A stretch of 63,584 nucleotides of DNA, counting the filler, from Octopus bimaculoides (taxonomy: Eukaryota), in assembly GCF_001194135.2 (NCBI RefSeq). It is 10 parts of 9 records of this genome, joined end to end, with 100 filler letters (N's around TTAATTAATTAA, not from the genome) between each part and the next. Parts side by side here need not be neighbours in the genome. Positions count along the whole stretch, not along the records: positions 1 to 25,596 come from NC_068981.1; 9 more parts are not named here. One strand, written 5' to 3'. Position numbers and translations under genes: made by a program. The notes beneath the pieces were generated by a model that saw nothing but the letters and a program-made list of their open reading frames with translations, did no database searches and was not told the DNA's origin. This document shows, in pieces, positions 12,384-25,056 of this stretch (position 1 is the stretch's first letter; every line of letters begins with the position of its first letter).

Positions 12384-13041
12384 NNNNNNNNNNNNNNNNN
12401 NNNNNNNNNNNNNNNNNNNNNNNNNNNNNNNNNNNNNNNNNNNNNNNNNNNNNNNNNNNNNNNNNNNNNNNNNNNNNNNNNNNNNNNNNNNNNNNNNNNN
12501 NNNNNNNNNNNNNNNNNNNNNNNNNNNNNNNTATATATATATATATATTTATTTCTTCAGGGCGACTCAAACTAATAGGTATGGACTCTGAGTTCTCAAA
12601 TTGGTATGCCACTATAATTCCGCTTTGAACTTCGGTTGAAAATGTAATTTTGTATCTGCCCTTTCTAAAGCGGCAAGAAGTGACTTCCCTTTGTGTAGGT
12701 AGGTATAGATTAAAACAGAAAAGAAAAGGCCAACATTTTGGCAAGGCGTGACAGGAACATTTACTTTCGCTAGATAGCAAAAGGTTCAGATAATCTCTGT
12801 AGGAACATCGTTTCGAGCTAAGACTTCATAGGTTGAGATAGGTTAAACACATGAGAGACAGGTTAAACACAGGTAACAGTGGATTACTATCAAACCATTC
12901 TTTCTGATCATGGAGTTACCTAATGAATATCTCTTTTAACTGGATTTAATTGGATTTCTCCTCCTTTTCTAGATACGATAAACCACAACAACTAGCATTG
13001 ATGAGGAACTTTCTTCCACTGTTCCATATGTTTAGCCTATC

Positions 13042-13131
13042 TCTCTTCGATGACAGTATACTCAACTTATGCAATCTTCGCTCGACACGATGTTTCAATA
13101 GCTGCAATATAATAGAAACAGCTGTCAGAGA
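13042..13131 (+). ncRNA. Degenerate type I HHR (palindromic AGCU stem-III class)
   Basis: UCUCU-UCGAUGA...UA-GAAAC-AGCU-GUC-AGAGA. Stems I and III are intact but the core reads UCGAUGA instead of CUGAUGA. Confidence 0.45.
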
Positions 13132-13280
13132 CTATCTAAACCTTTTATTATATAGTTGAATTAAATGTTCTTGTCAAGTCTTGCCAAACTGCTTGCCTTT
13201 TTCTTCTCTGCTTTAATATGTATACACACACATAGACACACACACAGACACACAGACACAGACACCCCCACACATATACT

Positions 13281-13435
13281 GAGTTGTTGCGTGGTAAGTA
13301 GCATGCTTACCAACCACATGGTTCCGGGTTCAGTCCCATTGCTTGGCACCTTGGGCAAGTGTCTTCTACTATAGCCTCGGGTCGACCAAAGCCTTGTGAG
13401 TGCATTTGGTAGACAGAAACTCAAAGAGGCCTGTC

Positions 13436-13489
<54 letters not shown>

Positions 13490-13692
13490 ATGTATGAGGG
13501 TGTATATGTTTGTGCGCCTGTGTTGACAACCAATGTTGGTGTCTTTATGTCCCCGTAACTTAGCAGTTCGGCAAAAGACCCCGATAGAATAAGTACTTGG
13601 TGTACAAAGAATAAGTCCTGAGATTTATTTGCTCGACTAAAGGCGGTGCTCCAGCATGGCCACAGTGAAATGACTGAAGCAAATAAAAGAAT
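13281..13692 (+). mobile_element. SINE-A full-length with internal (TA)n microsatellite
   Basis: tRNA-like head (gtggtaagtagc / ggttcagtccc), ccttgggcaagt core, internal TA/TG repeat, 3' half ending gactgaagcaaataaaagaata. Confidence 0.93.
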
Positions 13693-13759
13693 ATATATGT
13701 TGGGGTGATGTAGCGGGTGTAAGTAGGTGCGTCTTGGCGTATGTACTCTATCGCGTGAC

Positions 13760-13925
13760 AACTAGTGTTGCTTTGTTTATGTCCCCATAACCTAGCGGTT
13801 CGGCAGAAACCGATAGAATACGTATTAGGCTGGAAATAAGTACTGGGATCGATTTATTCAACTAAACCCTTCAATGTGGTACGCTAGCATGCCAGCAGTT
13901 TAATAAATGAATCAAGTAAAAGATA
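13760..13925 (+). mobile_element. Additional SINE-A 3' half
   Basis: Second copy of tttatgtcccc...cggcagaaaccgatagaata directly after the full copy. Confidence 0.8.
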
Positions 13926-14799
13926 AAAAGATAACCACTGTACCGATCCTTCTTCCGCAGTACTTCAACTGTCAGGAATTCTCTTCATGTACTCGTTTAA
14001 TTCATGCAGACCTCGGCCTAAAACCTTTTACTCTTAACACAAATAGCAATAATCAAATCAGTTTCAGAGAGGCACAGTTGTATTCCTCCTGACTAATATA
14101 ATAAAAAAATTGTCTCCAAATTAAATAGTTTCTGACTCTGAATAGAAAAGCTAGGTTTTGAGATGCGGACCTACATTATATTATACATGGTATGTAGACA
14201 CAATTTAAGACCAATCTATATTTAGCAGCTAAACGTGATTTATAGTAAGAAAAAATGAAATCATATATAACCTAAAGGGCCAAATAAATTGGTTACACTA
14301 AAAACTTTTACAATCTAGAACATATTTTTGTTTTATTTATCAAAAAATGTAATTTTTGTGGTTTATTATAAATCAAAAATTTCATGTTGATAATTGGTGG
14401 AAAATCGATAGAAAATGAAAAAAGTCGAAGCAATTCTTATGATTTCTTTCTATGTGTAATATTCTGTATGTCCAATATTCTAACTTGGTAGTTACAACAA
14501 TTACAGTTAAGACACTTCTGTCAGTGATGATGATGATCATTATGATAGTGACGATGATGATGATAACAACAACAACAACAATAATAACAATAAAAGTAAT
14601 AATAATATCGCCACAGTATCAGCAGCAGCTAAACCAACAGTCGTAAATTTGCCGTAGAGACAATATTAGAACCTCTCGTCCTTATAGTAATAATATAATT
14701 ATAGTAATAATTGTGAAACTATAGTAGTGAACTAGTAAATAATAAGATAGGGATTATAGTAGTCATAGCGAAATTATAATAATGAACGATAATTACCCA

Positions 14800-15700
14800 G
14801 AAAGATTAACAAGTGGCGTTGTGAAACCATCGAGTCGTCGGCGAGGAGGGTGGACTTTCGACACCCTGCGGGATTAAAAACGGTGTCAGAATCATGGTCC
14901 CCAACACACAGAAATGCAAAGGGAATAGGCCCAACTTATGGGCAGTAAGAGCTCTGCAGTCTTGGTTGGCTCCTTCGCCAAACCAACAGAAGTGTGAGAA
15001 AAGGCGAGTATCTGGCGCCTTCAAATAACCAGTGCTCCGGGTAGGCTGTACTCGGTAGTCTTGGGTGGCAAGCAGCCTAGGAGCACTCTGAGTCCCAAAC
15101 CAGAGGAGCAAGGACCTTGCCGCCTTGGTGGACTACCTTAATAGAGATGGTATTTCGATGAAAATACCTGTTGGTAGTAGCCTAAAATCACACCTCGTTA
15201 GTGAGTGGAAATACCAAGCAAAATAAATGACGATAACGGTGTGAACGGGACTTGAACCAGTGGTGAAGGTGCTGCACCTGGCAGGTGTTCCCTTGTGCAG
15301 CAGGGTGGGCCCGGTCGTTACCCAACAACTGCTTGCCATATTACAAGACATAGTCCTTGTACTGAACAAAATATGCAACGTGCTCGCAAACGCAAGCGGT
15401 CTGTTGGTATGAACCAAAAGACGATCCAGTGCTACGAACAAGCTGTCGGAAAAAGATCATTATATCCTTGGAATCAGCTGGGTATGTTCCATATTACTGA
15501 AAATGGACTCATGAATCAAGATAAGAATATTTCGAAATAGAGGCCGATACAGACAATCAGGAATAGCCTCTGTAGTGATGATAATCTCGATAATAACGTA
15601 GGTGAAGATCAACGAATGCGTAGCCAAGGTGAAGTTGTAGTGGAGGAGACACAATAATAGACGCAATATCTTCCGTCAACAACCTCACGATATTGTATAC
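14800..15700 (+). mobile_element. R4/Dong-like non-LTR retrotransposon 5' fragment (structured UTR + N-terminal ORF remnant)
   Basis: ORF 15295..15540 has RKRKRSVGMNQKTIQCYE...WNQLGMFHITENGLMNQ, resembling the R4/Dong N-terminal motif W..KGMF.VTEQRLADQ. It is preceded by TAA/TGA-rich repeats. Confidence 0.55.
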
Positions 15701-15729
15701 TGTGCGATATTGTATACAACAACAACAAT

Positions 15730-16290
15730 AAATGCCCTGATGCAGTACTAGACACTGGCTTTCATGGCTTCTGATCTTAACTGATTGGAAGTATTATCAT
15801 GTACATGTTTTGTCTTGGTATAAAAGATGGACCACAGCAAATATTCTGCTCAATAGCATAGGTTTGCTTGTCAGTTGTTTGACCTTAACTAGTTGAGATT
15901 GCCCCTTAGTGGATGATAATATGCGCATCTCTGATCACGAGCAGAAGTAGTGGAGGAGAATCCTAGCCATGTGTTGAGAGGAATTATTTGGGGTTTGGAT
16001 AATTCAGCTCTGGAAACATGAGTGTTTCGTTCAACACCCTTAAATAACCCCTATTCAGGGAGCTTTTGAGCGAGATGGGTTACTCGACCCGAAGAAAATT
16101 CTAACTGGGCCCCACCTGCAAGGTCATGCACTGTTTGTCTTGTTATGAGATCACCGTGTCGCGCAGATATGGTTGTGATGCATGTGCCTGGTGTACCCTT
16201 ATCAGATGAGTAGTCATGATGGGTATATTGGGCTTCGTATATTTTATCCCAGTGTCATTTTGATGACATGCACTGCTCTCTCAATCAGCA
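15730..16290. repeat. ~560-bp non-coding interspersed element flanked by (CAA)n
   Basis: Higher-complexity block bounded by CAA repeats on both sides. It resembles a common octopus repeat from memory; there is only one copy in the window. Confidence 0.35.
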
Positions 16291-17329
16291 ACAACAAAAA
16301 CAACAACAACAACATGTGGTTGGGAAGCAAGCGTCTTACCTTTCTTTAAAAAGTACCGTAAATAATCTGATTTAATAACTATCTCCTTGGACAAGTGGTG
16401 AAACAACTATCATGTTGGTGTAAAGTGATTGATTAGTGAGTTAACAGATATTTCTTTATTGAGCATGTGAAAAGAAAATGGTTTTGTCTGATTTTCTTTA
16501 TAAACTATTTTGCATGAAGCAAATCCAGAAGTATTAGATATATAATAATCTCACTCTGTGATATCGTTTTATATTTTGTCATAAATTATAGAGTAAGTAA
16601 CTTGACTGACAGTTCAAGAGACAACATTAATGTGAAGGACTCAGAGAAAATAGCAACGCTCTGAAAAAGGAATCGTTTGCAAAAAGGATAACAAAGGCTC
16701 CGGAAACAACAACCAATAAAAAATAGAATAAAAAGATATACTAGGAAACAAAACAATAATAAACTTGGTGTACAGAGAAGGAAAGCTGGTAAAAGAACTT
16801 TTTCTTACATAAGCTGAATGCTCTCCTAATGACGACCTATGAGGAAATCGAATAAAATGAGAGAAACTGCCTGAAGTAAAACGACGAAGGATCTTCAGTG
16901 CATTCCATGTGAAAAAGTAAGCAGCATGGCAGTTTAAACATATTTAGCTTATTGAATGCGAAAAGTAGAGAGAGCAAGGTTAATGAATGAATGCAGTATT
17001 GAGAACTATCGCATCAGAGACTTCGAAAAGAAAAGAAAAGGAAAATAAGAATCAAAATAAAATACATGCAGGAAAGTGACTGCTATAACAGAAAAAAATC
17101 GTTGTCCTAGAAATAGAAACCTAGCAAGCAACAAATATACTGTTCGTGAAAGAGTTAAAGATAGCCTCAGTCTACGAACTAATGACATTTAAGCCATTAT
17201 GTGTATAAAGCAGTAGAAGTGATTAGATGAGTTACGTTATAGCAAAAATAACCACGCATACAAAAGAAGTTAAAGTATGGAGTTCATACTTATTCAAGAT
17301 GTATGTGATAGCTTCCTCGAAATAATTAC

Positions 17330-17775
17330 TAAAGATCAAGCAAGTGGTTTAAGCTGAGACTTGGATACCTTAGCCTAAAGAACAAGGGAACCACTACACC
17401 GGCCCTGATTTTTATACTAGATCGTCCGTCGTTGTCGTCGACGACTAAGGGAATCACATGAGAGAAGAAGACGAAGCACGGTGTTTCCGGCTGTGACCAA
17501 CGATCAGTCCGAAGCATGCTCGGAAGGCTCTGTTGCCGGTCGGGCACTGGTGATCTGCTGGGGATGAAAGCGAGGAGTTGGCTCTGGACTTGTGCAGTTT
17601 GTGTTTTCTTTGTGCCCCTGCAATCCTGTTCTGTTTGTAGGGAGCGCCAGGCGATTTTTAACAGCTTTCCTGTGGAAGTGGTTTAGTCTCTTTGGCGTGG
17701 GATTCATAAATCGTCCAAGTTTCGCGGGCGTCCAGTAGCGTAGCGAGTACAACTGCTTGGTACACCTTCAACTTT
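17330..17775 (-). mobile_element. RTE-clade LINE RT C-terminal remnant
   Basis: KLKVYQAVVLATLLDARETWTIYESHAK/RLNHFH... matches RTE KLKVYRAVVLxTLLYGxETWTxY..H.K.LN.FH; frameshifted. Confidence 0.78.
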
Positions 17776-18076
17776 GATTACGTACAGACTGAATGGATAA
17801 GGAATAGAAACGGAAAATCAGTAGCTAAAAAAAAATCCAAACAGCAACAACAATGTTAAAATTAGCGTGGAAAGGATTCACAATGTCAGGCAAAAGTAGA
17901 AGAGTCAATTTATATTAAGAACTGAAAACATCGAAAGTTAGTTGATTAATTTGGAAACAACACCTCATGATGCGGAATTTAGTCTATGTAATCTGCTTTT
18001 CTCTCCACTGCTTGGCTTTGCGTTACTATAAGAAATCATTATGAGCTTTTTATTGCTCTTTTTTTTTTATTTATAG

Positions 18077-18195
18077 AAATTCAGTAACAAATCAAAACTG
18101 CAATATGTTCTGGCATTGTCGTCGGGGTGCCAATTCAGTTGTTATGCATGTATGTAGATCGCCACCAATGATCATCAGAGATTGCGACACCTATT
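18077..18195 (+). CDS. Candidate cysteine-rich internal exon (NSVTNQNCNMFWHCRRGANSVVMHVCRSPPMIIRDCDTY)
   Basis: Strong polypyrimidine acceptor (ttttttttatttatag) and donor gtatgt at 18196 (alternative at 18150). One frame stays open, with C-x5-C-x11-C spacing reminiscent of chitin-binding type-2 domains. Confidence 0.4.
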
Positions 18196-18707
18196 GTATG
18201 TAGCAATAGAGAGGATTTTAAGTGCTTTTTGTCTGGGAACGGAAAAAAATGTTATGTTCCATCAAACATTTTAAGCTTTCTTGTGTGAAGTGTCCGTTTA
18301 TAGAAGCATGCAATAGTATCGAAAATTGTACTTGTGTTTGTGTATGTATCGGTGTGTGTGTGTGTGTGTGTGTCTGTGTGTGTGTGTGTGTGTTTGTGAG
18401 TGCATAAACAGAGTGAGATGGCGAAGATTTCTTCAGCGCGATGAGAATAGAGATAAGAATATAATAGACTAAACATAACAACACTAAAGATGTAGATAAG
18501 GACGAAATGATAAGTGTTTCGATAAAACTAAAAGGAAAAACGAACAAACAAAAAAATCAATAAAAATAAAATAAGAACAGTCATGCTGCACTCATTAGGT
18601 GCAGATTAAACGAACTGAATAAACTTTATTATTATTATCAAATGCATTGACTTCTCTTTTACTTTGTTCGTAACGTTATCGTGCACACTACTACTACTAC
18701 TACTACG

Positions 18708-18772
<65 letters not shown>

Positions 18773-18904
18773 TACTACTACTACTACTAATAATAATAAT
18801 AATAACGATTTCTTTTATCGGCCACCAGGGCTCAAGATATGGAGGACAATATCGAAAGACGAGTTACAGCACAAAAAAAAAATTAATGATAATAATAATC
18901 ATTA

Positions 18905-19240
18905 TTTGGTTTGACTCAAGTTCGGTCTTATTCCTGGTAGGATTTGTAAGGGTAGCGGGTTATTACTTGTAACCTTAAGTATCCACACATTTTCAACAGT
19001 CTTTCGAGTGCTTAGAACCCTCCTGGTAATCCTTGCTGTCCCTAAGAGACAAACTTTCTCTAGGAGCTCTACAGGGCATTCTATTCCGATCTCCCTCAAC
19101 CATTTGTCCATATATTTGCTTACTGTTCACAACATGTCAATTATTATAGGCACGACCTTTACAGTTGTCATACTCCAAATTCTCCCTATTTCAAATTTTA
19201 AGGGATTGCATTTTGTTTGGTTTTTCGTTCTCTTTCTTTT
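18905..19240 (-). mobile_element. R4/Dong-like 3' end (restriction-like endonuclease tail), 5'-truncated
   Basis: LKFEIGRIWSMTTVKVVPIIIDML*TVSKYMDKWLREIGIECPVELLEKVCLLGTARITRRVL matches the R4/Dong C-terminus (..QKxxLLGTARIxRRVL). Flanked by (TAA)n-type repeats. Confidence 0.8.
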
Positions 19241-19286
19241 CGATCCTGGAATCATCATCATCATCATTATCATCATCATTATCATA

Positions 19287-19340
<54 letters not shown>

Positions 19341-19439
19341 AAACAGAGTAGCCGTGTATCGATTATGTGTTTCAATGCAGCAAAACTGGATCCAGAGATG
19401 TTGAGAGTAGAGCATCTCCTTACTTGGCAAAAACTGAAC

Positions 19440-19670
19440 AGACGGAAGTAAAAATAAAAGCAGTCCACTGGAAACTCTGGGGTTGAAATTCCAGGTGGGA
19501 TCCATGCTAATCATATGCCCAAGCCATTTCATCCTTCTGTACTTCCTGGTTGCTGACACAGTCAGTGCACGAAATGCGGTGTATTTTACACAAGCTTCTT
19601 ACATGAAGCTTCGTTCTCGCCACAAATATCTCTTATTGCTAAAATACATATTGTATCTCCGGAAACAAAA
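19440..19670 (-). mobile_element. RTE-like LINE remnant
   Basis: LCKIHRISCTDCVSNQEV / RRMKWLGHMISMD resembles RTE 'I.W.D.VSNxEVL...RLRWLGHV.RM'. Confidence 0.55.
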
Positions 19671-20401
19671 ATGAGGACGGTGTAATATTATCAGGTGGTG
19701 TGTAAGAATTACGAAGGATTGCAAGGGACAACCGCCCCCCCCAGAAAAAAAAAACAAACCAAAAAAAAAACAAAAACAAAAAACAAAGAAGCATGCAAAA
19801 ATACTAAGACGACAAGTGTAAAGAAGGGTTCGGCAATGGGAAGATCAGTAGGGAAGACATATGGAAGGATATTCCATAGTTACTGAAAAGAATACAACAG
19901 CTGAATGTTTAACTAATGTTTAAGAATAGTAAGAATAAAAGCAAAATATATAAACGAAAACCTCTGCTTGAAGATCTCAGTTCTCGAATTTTAGATCTTA
20001 CATCTTATAAGCTAGGGTTGTTTAATCCGTAACAAGGATTCTTTCATCTGTAAAAAGGATTCCATCATCTCTATACAGGAACAGATATTTGAAAGAGAAA
20101 ATGGAAGTTTATAGAGATAAAAATTACATTCATTCTACGGAAGATTTGTAATAAAGAGGAGAAAGAATCATCCTATTGTCGTTCCATTGCTGCCCAGGTG
20201 ATTGTTTGGAATAGGAATGTGAGAGTATAAAATGCACAAGAATAAGAAGTAGCAAGGTGAAAACAGTAAAGGTAGAGAATATCCAGTGATGATGGAATTT
20301 TGAATGCCATAGAAAGAACATTTCCACTGTCAAAAAGCCATATTCGATTTTAAAAGATAACACACACACACACATTATATAGATAGACAGATTCATACAC
20401 G

Positions 20402-20518
<117 letters not shown>

Positions 20519-20539
20519 ACACACGCACATACAAAAGCA

Positions 20540-20620
20540 TGGCTATATGGTTAAGAAGCTCATTTCACAACCACCTTGTCTCTGGTTCAAGCTCCACTGT
20601 GCAGGATTTTGGGTAAGTAA
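20540..20620 (+). mobile_element. SINE-A head fragment
   Basis: tggctatatggttaagaagc...ggttcaagctccactgtg, between (CA)n tracts. Confidence 0.6.
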
Positions 20621-20700
20621 TCTCTATTATATTGTTAGACTGATCAATGCTTTGTGCTTCGTAGAGTGAATTTAGTAGAGGAAAACTAAGTGGAAGTATA

Positions 20701-20784
<84 letters not shown>

Positions 20785-21894
20785 GCACACACACACACAC
20801 AGATTAGCTATTAGTGACGGTAGCAATTTTTGTAATGAATATTAATTTGCACACCCGACTTAACTTGGATGTGTTGCTAAGAACGCCGTAAACTGCGGTA
20901 ATCGACGTTATAGACGTTAGGTGCCAAAAGAAAAAAAAAAAAACACAGATTATATCGTATAGACGTTTGGTGTCACAAAAAGACAGATTATATCAATAGG
21001 CGAAATTTCGTTAGCACCGGCGGATGGGACTAGTGTATAACGTGATTTCAGCGCAAAATGTGCATGATCAGTAACATCACCCAAACATCGAATGCCGACG
21101 CTATTTCGTACACTGTCCGCCAACTTTTGCGACATCGCTGACTGTTTAGTCAGAGTTACACCATATCGGTTTGAAGAATTTATGACCTAGCAATTCAGCA
21201 GCATGTAATCTGATAGATTAAGTGCCAGACATAAAATAAGTACTGCGGTCGATTTATTCAAATAAACCCTTAAAGGTGGCGCTCTAGCATAGTAACAGAA
21301 TAAGAAACTTGCAGCAGAGCTGCGTGATAGTGGTGTCAGATGTGGAATGTAGACCGCCAAATAACTTGTTTCATTCTTCTCTTCCGTTTTATTTTGACAT
21401 GCGCATTGCGTTTTATTTTTCTTTTCCGTTTGACGAATTCAGTGTGCACATGTGCATTGCGTGCTCGTACTTCTCTTTCCGGTTTCTTCTCAGAACTTTT
21501 TACCGATCACAGCACTCCCCGCTCCGATAGTCGTGAAATAACAAGATATATATTTATAAGTACACCAACTGTGTGATAATAATGTCAAATAAATGCAGTA
21601 TGTTTATGTATGTGTGTATACATACATACATACACGTTTAATTATATGTATACAGTAGTAATTTCCGTACCAGCATTTAATCGCATTCAGGGAAAAAGGA
21701 AAAAGAATAATGTATAAAGTGTTGCATTACAACCTTAACCCAGTGCCAATACTTAGCCAATACAGAGTGCAGTATGTTGGAAGTACTGGATGCTTTCCGG
21801 TCCACTAGTTTTGAAGTGTTTGGAAAGTGCTGCTAGGAGATTCCTTGCTTCCTTCTCATGACTAAATCATTAATTTTTATTTAAAAGATAAACT

Positions 21895-21950
<56 letters not shown>

Positions 21951-22067
21951 TATACTTATATATATCTTCATATGCATATGCATATATATATATACACGCA
22001 TATATATATATATTTATATATGCATATATATATTCACATGTATACACACACACATACACACACACAT

Positions 22068-22115
<48 letters not shown>

Positions 22116-23417
22116 GTGTGTGTGTGTGTCTGTATTCCTAGTCATAAACATTGACTTATATATGTTCGTGTACGTGCATGCGTATGTGTGTATGTACGCA
22201 TACAATTTGTGCGTCCATCTCAATGTTTTTGCTTTTATGCATTACACTTCATTTTCATATTTCTCTGACTATTCTTCTGCGACACATTGCACATCTTTTT
22301 CATTCTTGCCAGAGATATTTTTGTGAATACGCGTAAGGTTATCGTTGCTCTCTGTAGTTCTATGGTTAAAGTAATGTCTGAAAGAAACGCGATGCATAAA
22401 AGAAAAAGGGAATGAGAGTGGGAGAGAGAGAGAGAGATAGAGAGAGAGAGGGAGAAAGAGAGAGATAGGGAGAGAGGGTGAGAGGGAGAAAGAGAGAGAG
22501 AGAAAAACAAGCCTTTCTATTGATTATTTTTAAAGGGTTGTTTGAAATGGCGGGAAATGTTGCTTTCATTACGCCATCAACTGTTGCTCTGGAAGCTCAC
22601 TATAAATATCGATTTTTTCTCTCTTTTAGATCAGACCCATGGTGGGTTATTTTTTCGAGAAAGGTGGGGGTACATTATAGTAAACGCACTTAACTCTCAA
22701 TAGTTCACACTAATAAGTTATAAATGAGCGTCATGGATTTATACTGTTCATCTCAAGAAGCAATGGGATCATATTAAAATTATTGACGTTTGTTTCGGAA
22801 TCTTACAGTACTGTGTTTAATTTCTTCCTTAGAATCTTTCCTTCAGTTCGTTTCATTGATTTGTTACAGATGAATAGTTGTAGAAACAGTCAAAAAGTGA
22901 CATTTTTCGAGCTCGTTCGACTTGTTAGAAATAGGAACCAAAATACACAGCGTCCTTCTATTCCCAGATATTGTTCTTTCAGTCCATGTTACAAAATGTA
23001 TGCATAGCCTTACCAAGTCATGCCAGATTTTAGGTGCCTGAAGTGGTAAACATCTTGAGTGGGATAAAATTAAAGCATGCCCGGAATTGTCACCATTCTT
23101 GTCAACGATTACTCTCACCTTCCACTATACCTCCATGCAATTTTATATAAATGTGGGAGTTGCCCCTTCCTTACCATTCTTGATCAGTTATGCAATTAAA
23201 CCTAGTGATTAATGCTAGTCCTCACTTAACTATTTCTTAATTATGCAGAACGACCTTCTAGGTAATTTCTATCACCTTCCATCATTTCTCTGCAATATTC
23301 TATCGATTATGAATATTGATTTATTATGACAAAGGAAAAATAACGTATTTAGAAAGAAGAAACTAAATATTATCAAATGACGTTCATGCTTTTACTGAAA
23401 GTTTGAGTATAGACGCC

Positions 23418-23545
23418 GGAGTGCCTGTGGTAAGACATTTGCTTCACAACCACATGGTTCCGAGTTCAGTATGACAACTTGGATAAGTGTTTTCTATCAA
23501 CCAATTTGATTTGGTAGACGGAAACTGAAAGACGCCCGCCATGTA
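23418..23545 (+). mobile_element. SINE-A 5' half (with deletion)
   Basis: ggagtgcctgtggtaag...cacatggttccgagttcag...ttggtagacggaaactgaaagacgccc. Confidence 0.85.
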
Positions 23546-23629
23546 CACACACAGCGCATACACACNNNNNNNNNNNNNNNNNNNNNNNNNNNNNNNNNNN
23601 NNNNNNNNNNNNNNNNNNNNNNNNNNNNN

Positions 23630-23678
<49 letters not shown>

Positions 23679-23871
23679 GCATATATGCACCACACACACA
23701 CATATAGTAATCTCCTACTATAATAATGAGCGTAGTGTTCTTATATATTTATTATATATATATATATATAGATATATATAGTGAGAATTTACAAAAAAAA
23801 AACAGGAGACGAAGACAGGTGTGTAAACAACAAACAGATGTATTCATTTAACGCTCGGGAAGTGAGAAAGT

Positions 23872-23907
23872 CTTTTACGTTTCGATTCTACGCTCTTCGA
23901 CAGAAAG
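23872..23907 (-). ncRNA. Minimal PLE-type type I HHR with CUGUCGA core
   Basis: Minus strand CUUU-CUGUCGA-AGAGCGUAGAAUC-GAAAC-GU-A-AAAG: stem I CUUU/AAAG, palindromic ACGU stem III, GUA site. Stem II is damaged in this copy. Confidence 0.5.
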
Positions 23908-25056
23908 GAACACAGAAATAAACCGGGAGAGAAAATAGAAAAGGTTTAGTGGCTAGCGATCTATCGTAGCGAATGCCGGACAGAGGGATCACACAAGAGA
24001 GCAAGGAAGAAGGGGAGATGATAAAGTAGTGGTGATCCCAAAACGAAGATGCGCGTGCGTACGTATGTGAAAGCGTGTATGTGCGTGTGGATGGGGGCTG
24101 GTGACCTGGACGTGTGCCTGTGTGCATGTGTAGGTGTGTGAATGATGGTGTAGGTGCAGGTAAGTAGTCAGTGCTAGTGTGTGCGCTGGTGGTGTGATGT
24201 TGTGTGGTGTGATGTTGTGTGGTGTGTGGTGTGGCAAGATGTGGTGTGGTGGTGTTGGGGTGCAGGGGAGGCGACAGTGGGGGAAGCAAGGGTGGGTGTG
24301 GGTTAGAGTGATGGTGGGTGTNNNNNNNNNNNNNNNNNNNNNNNNNNNNNNNNNNNNNNNNNNNNNNNNNNNNNNNNNNNNNNNNNNNNNNNNNNNNNNN
24401 NNNNNNNNNNNNNNNNNNNNNNNNNNNNNNNNNNNNNNNNNNNNNNNNNNNNNNNNNNNNNNNNNNNNNNNNNNNNNNNNNNNNNNNNNNNNNNNNNNNN
24501 NNNNNNNNNNNNNNNNNNNNNNNNNNNNNNNNNNNNNNNNNNNNNNNNNNNNNNNNNNNNNNNNNNNNNNNNNNNNNNNNNNNNNNNNNNNNNNNNNNNN
24601 NNNNNNNNNNNNNNNNNNNNNNNNNNNNNNNNNNNNNNNNNNNNNNNNNNNNNNNNNNNNNNNNNGTAAGTAGTCAGTGCTAGTGTGTGCGCTGGTGGTG
24701 TGATGTTGTGTGGTGTGATGTTGTGTGGTGTGTGGTGTGGCAAGATGTGGTGTGGTGGTGTTGGGGTGCAGGGGAGGCGACAGTGGGGGAAGCAAGGGTG
24801 GGTGTGGGTTAGAGTGATGGTGGGTGTAGGGATGGGGTATGTGGGAGTGAGGTGTAAGGGATGGGGTGGGTGTGGGTGGGATGGGATGTTTAGGGATAGT
24901 AGGGTTGGAATGTGTGAGGGTGAGGTAACGATGAAGGGAGAGGGTGGAAGGGAAAAGGTGGGTAGGAGTGAAGAGAGGAAGTGGGTGTCAGAGCAAGAGA
25001 GAAGAGGTGGGTGGGAGAAAGTAAGTGTGAGAAGAAGAGAGGAGAGAGGAGGAGAG

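Noticed and set aside
14825-14990. Possible HDV-like ribozyme at the R4/Dong 5' end (TCCTCGC on minus; GGC-TCCTTC-GCC on plus)
   Set aside because: I could not build the P1/P2/P3 nested pseudoknot by eye; only simple hairpins are supported.
18110-18185. Minus-strand CTGATGA with a distant cattg/caatg pair
   Set aside because: No GAAA core at suitable spacing; it lies in the candidate exon.
24165-24827. Identical ~160-bp blocks on either side of an N-gap
   Set aside because: Most likely overlapping contig ends that were not merged.
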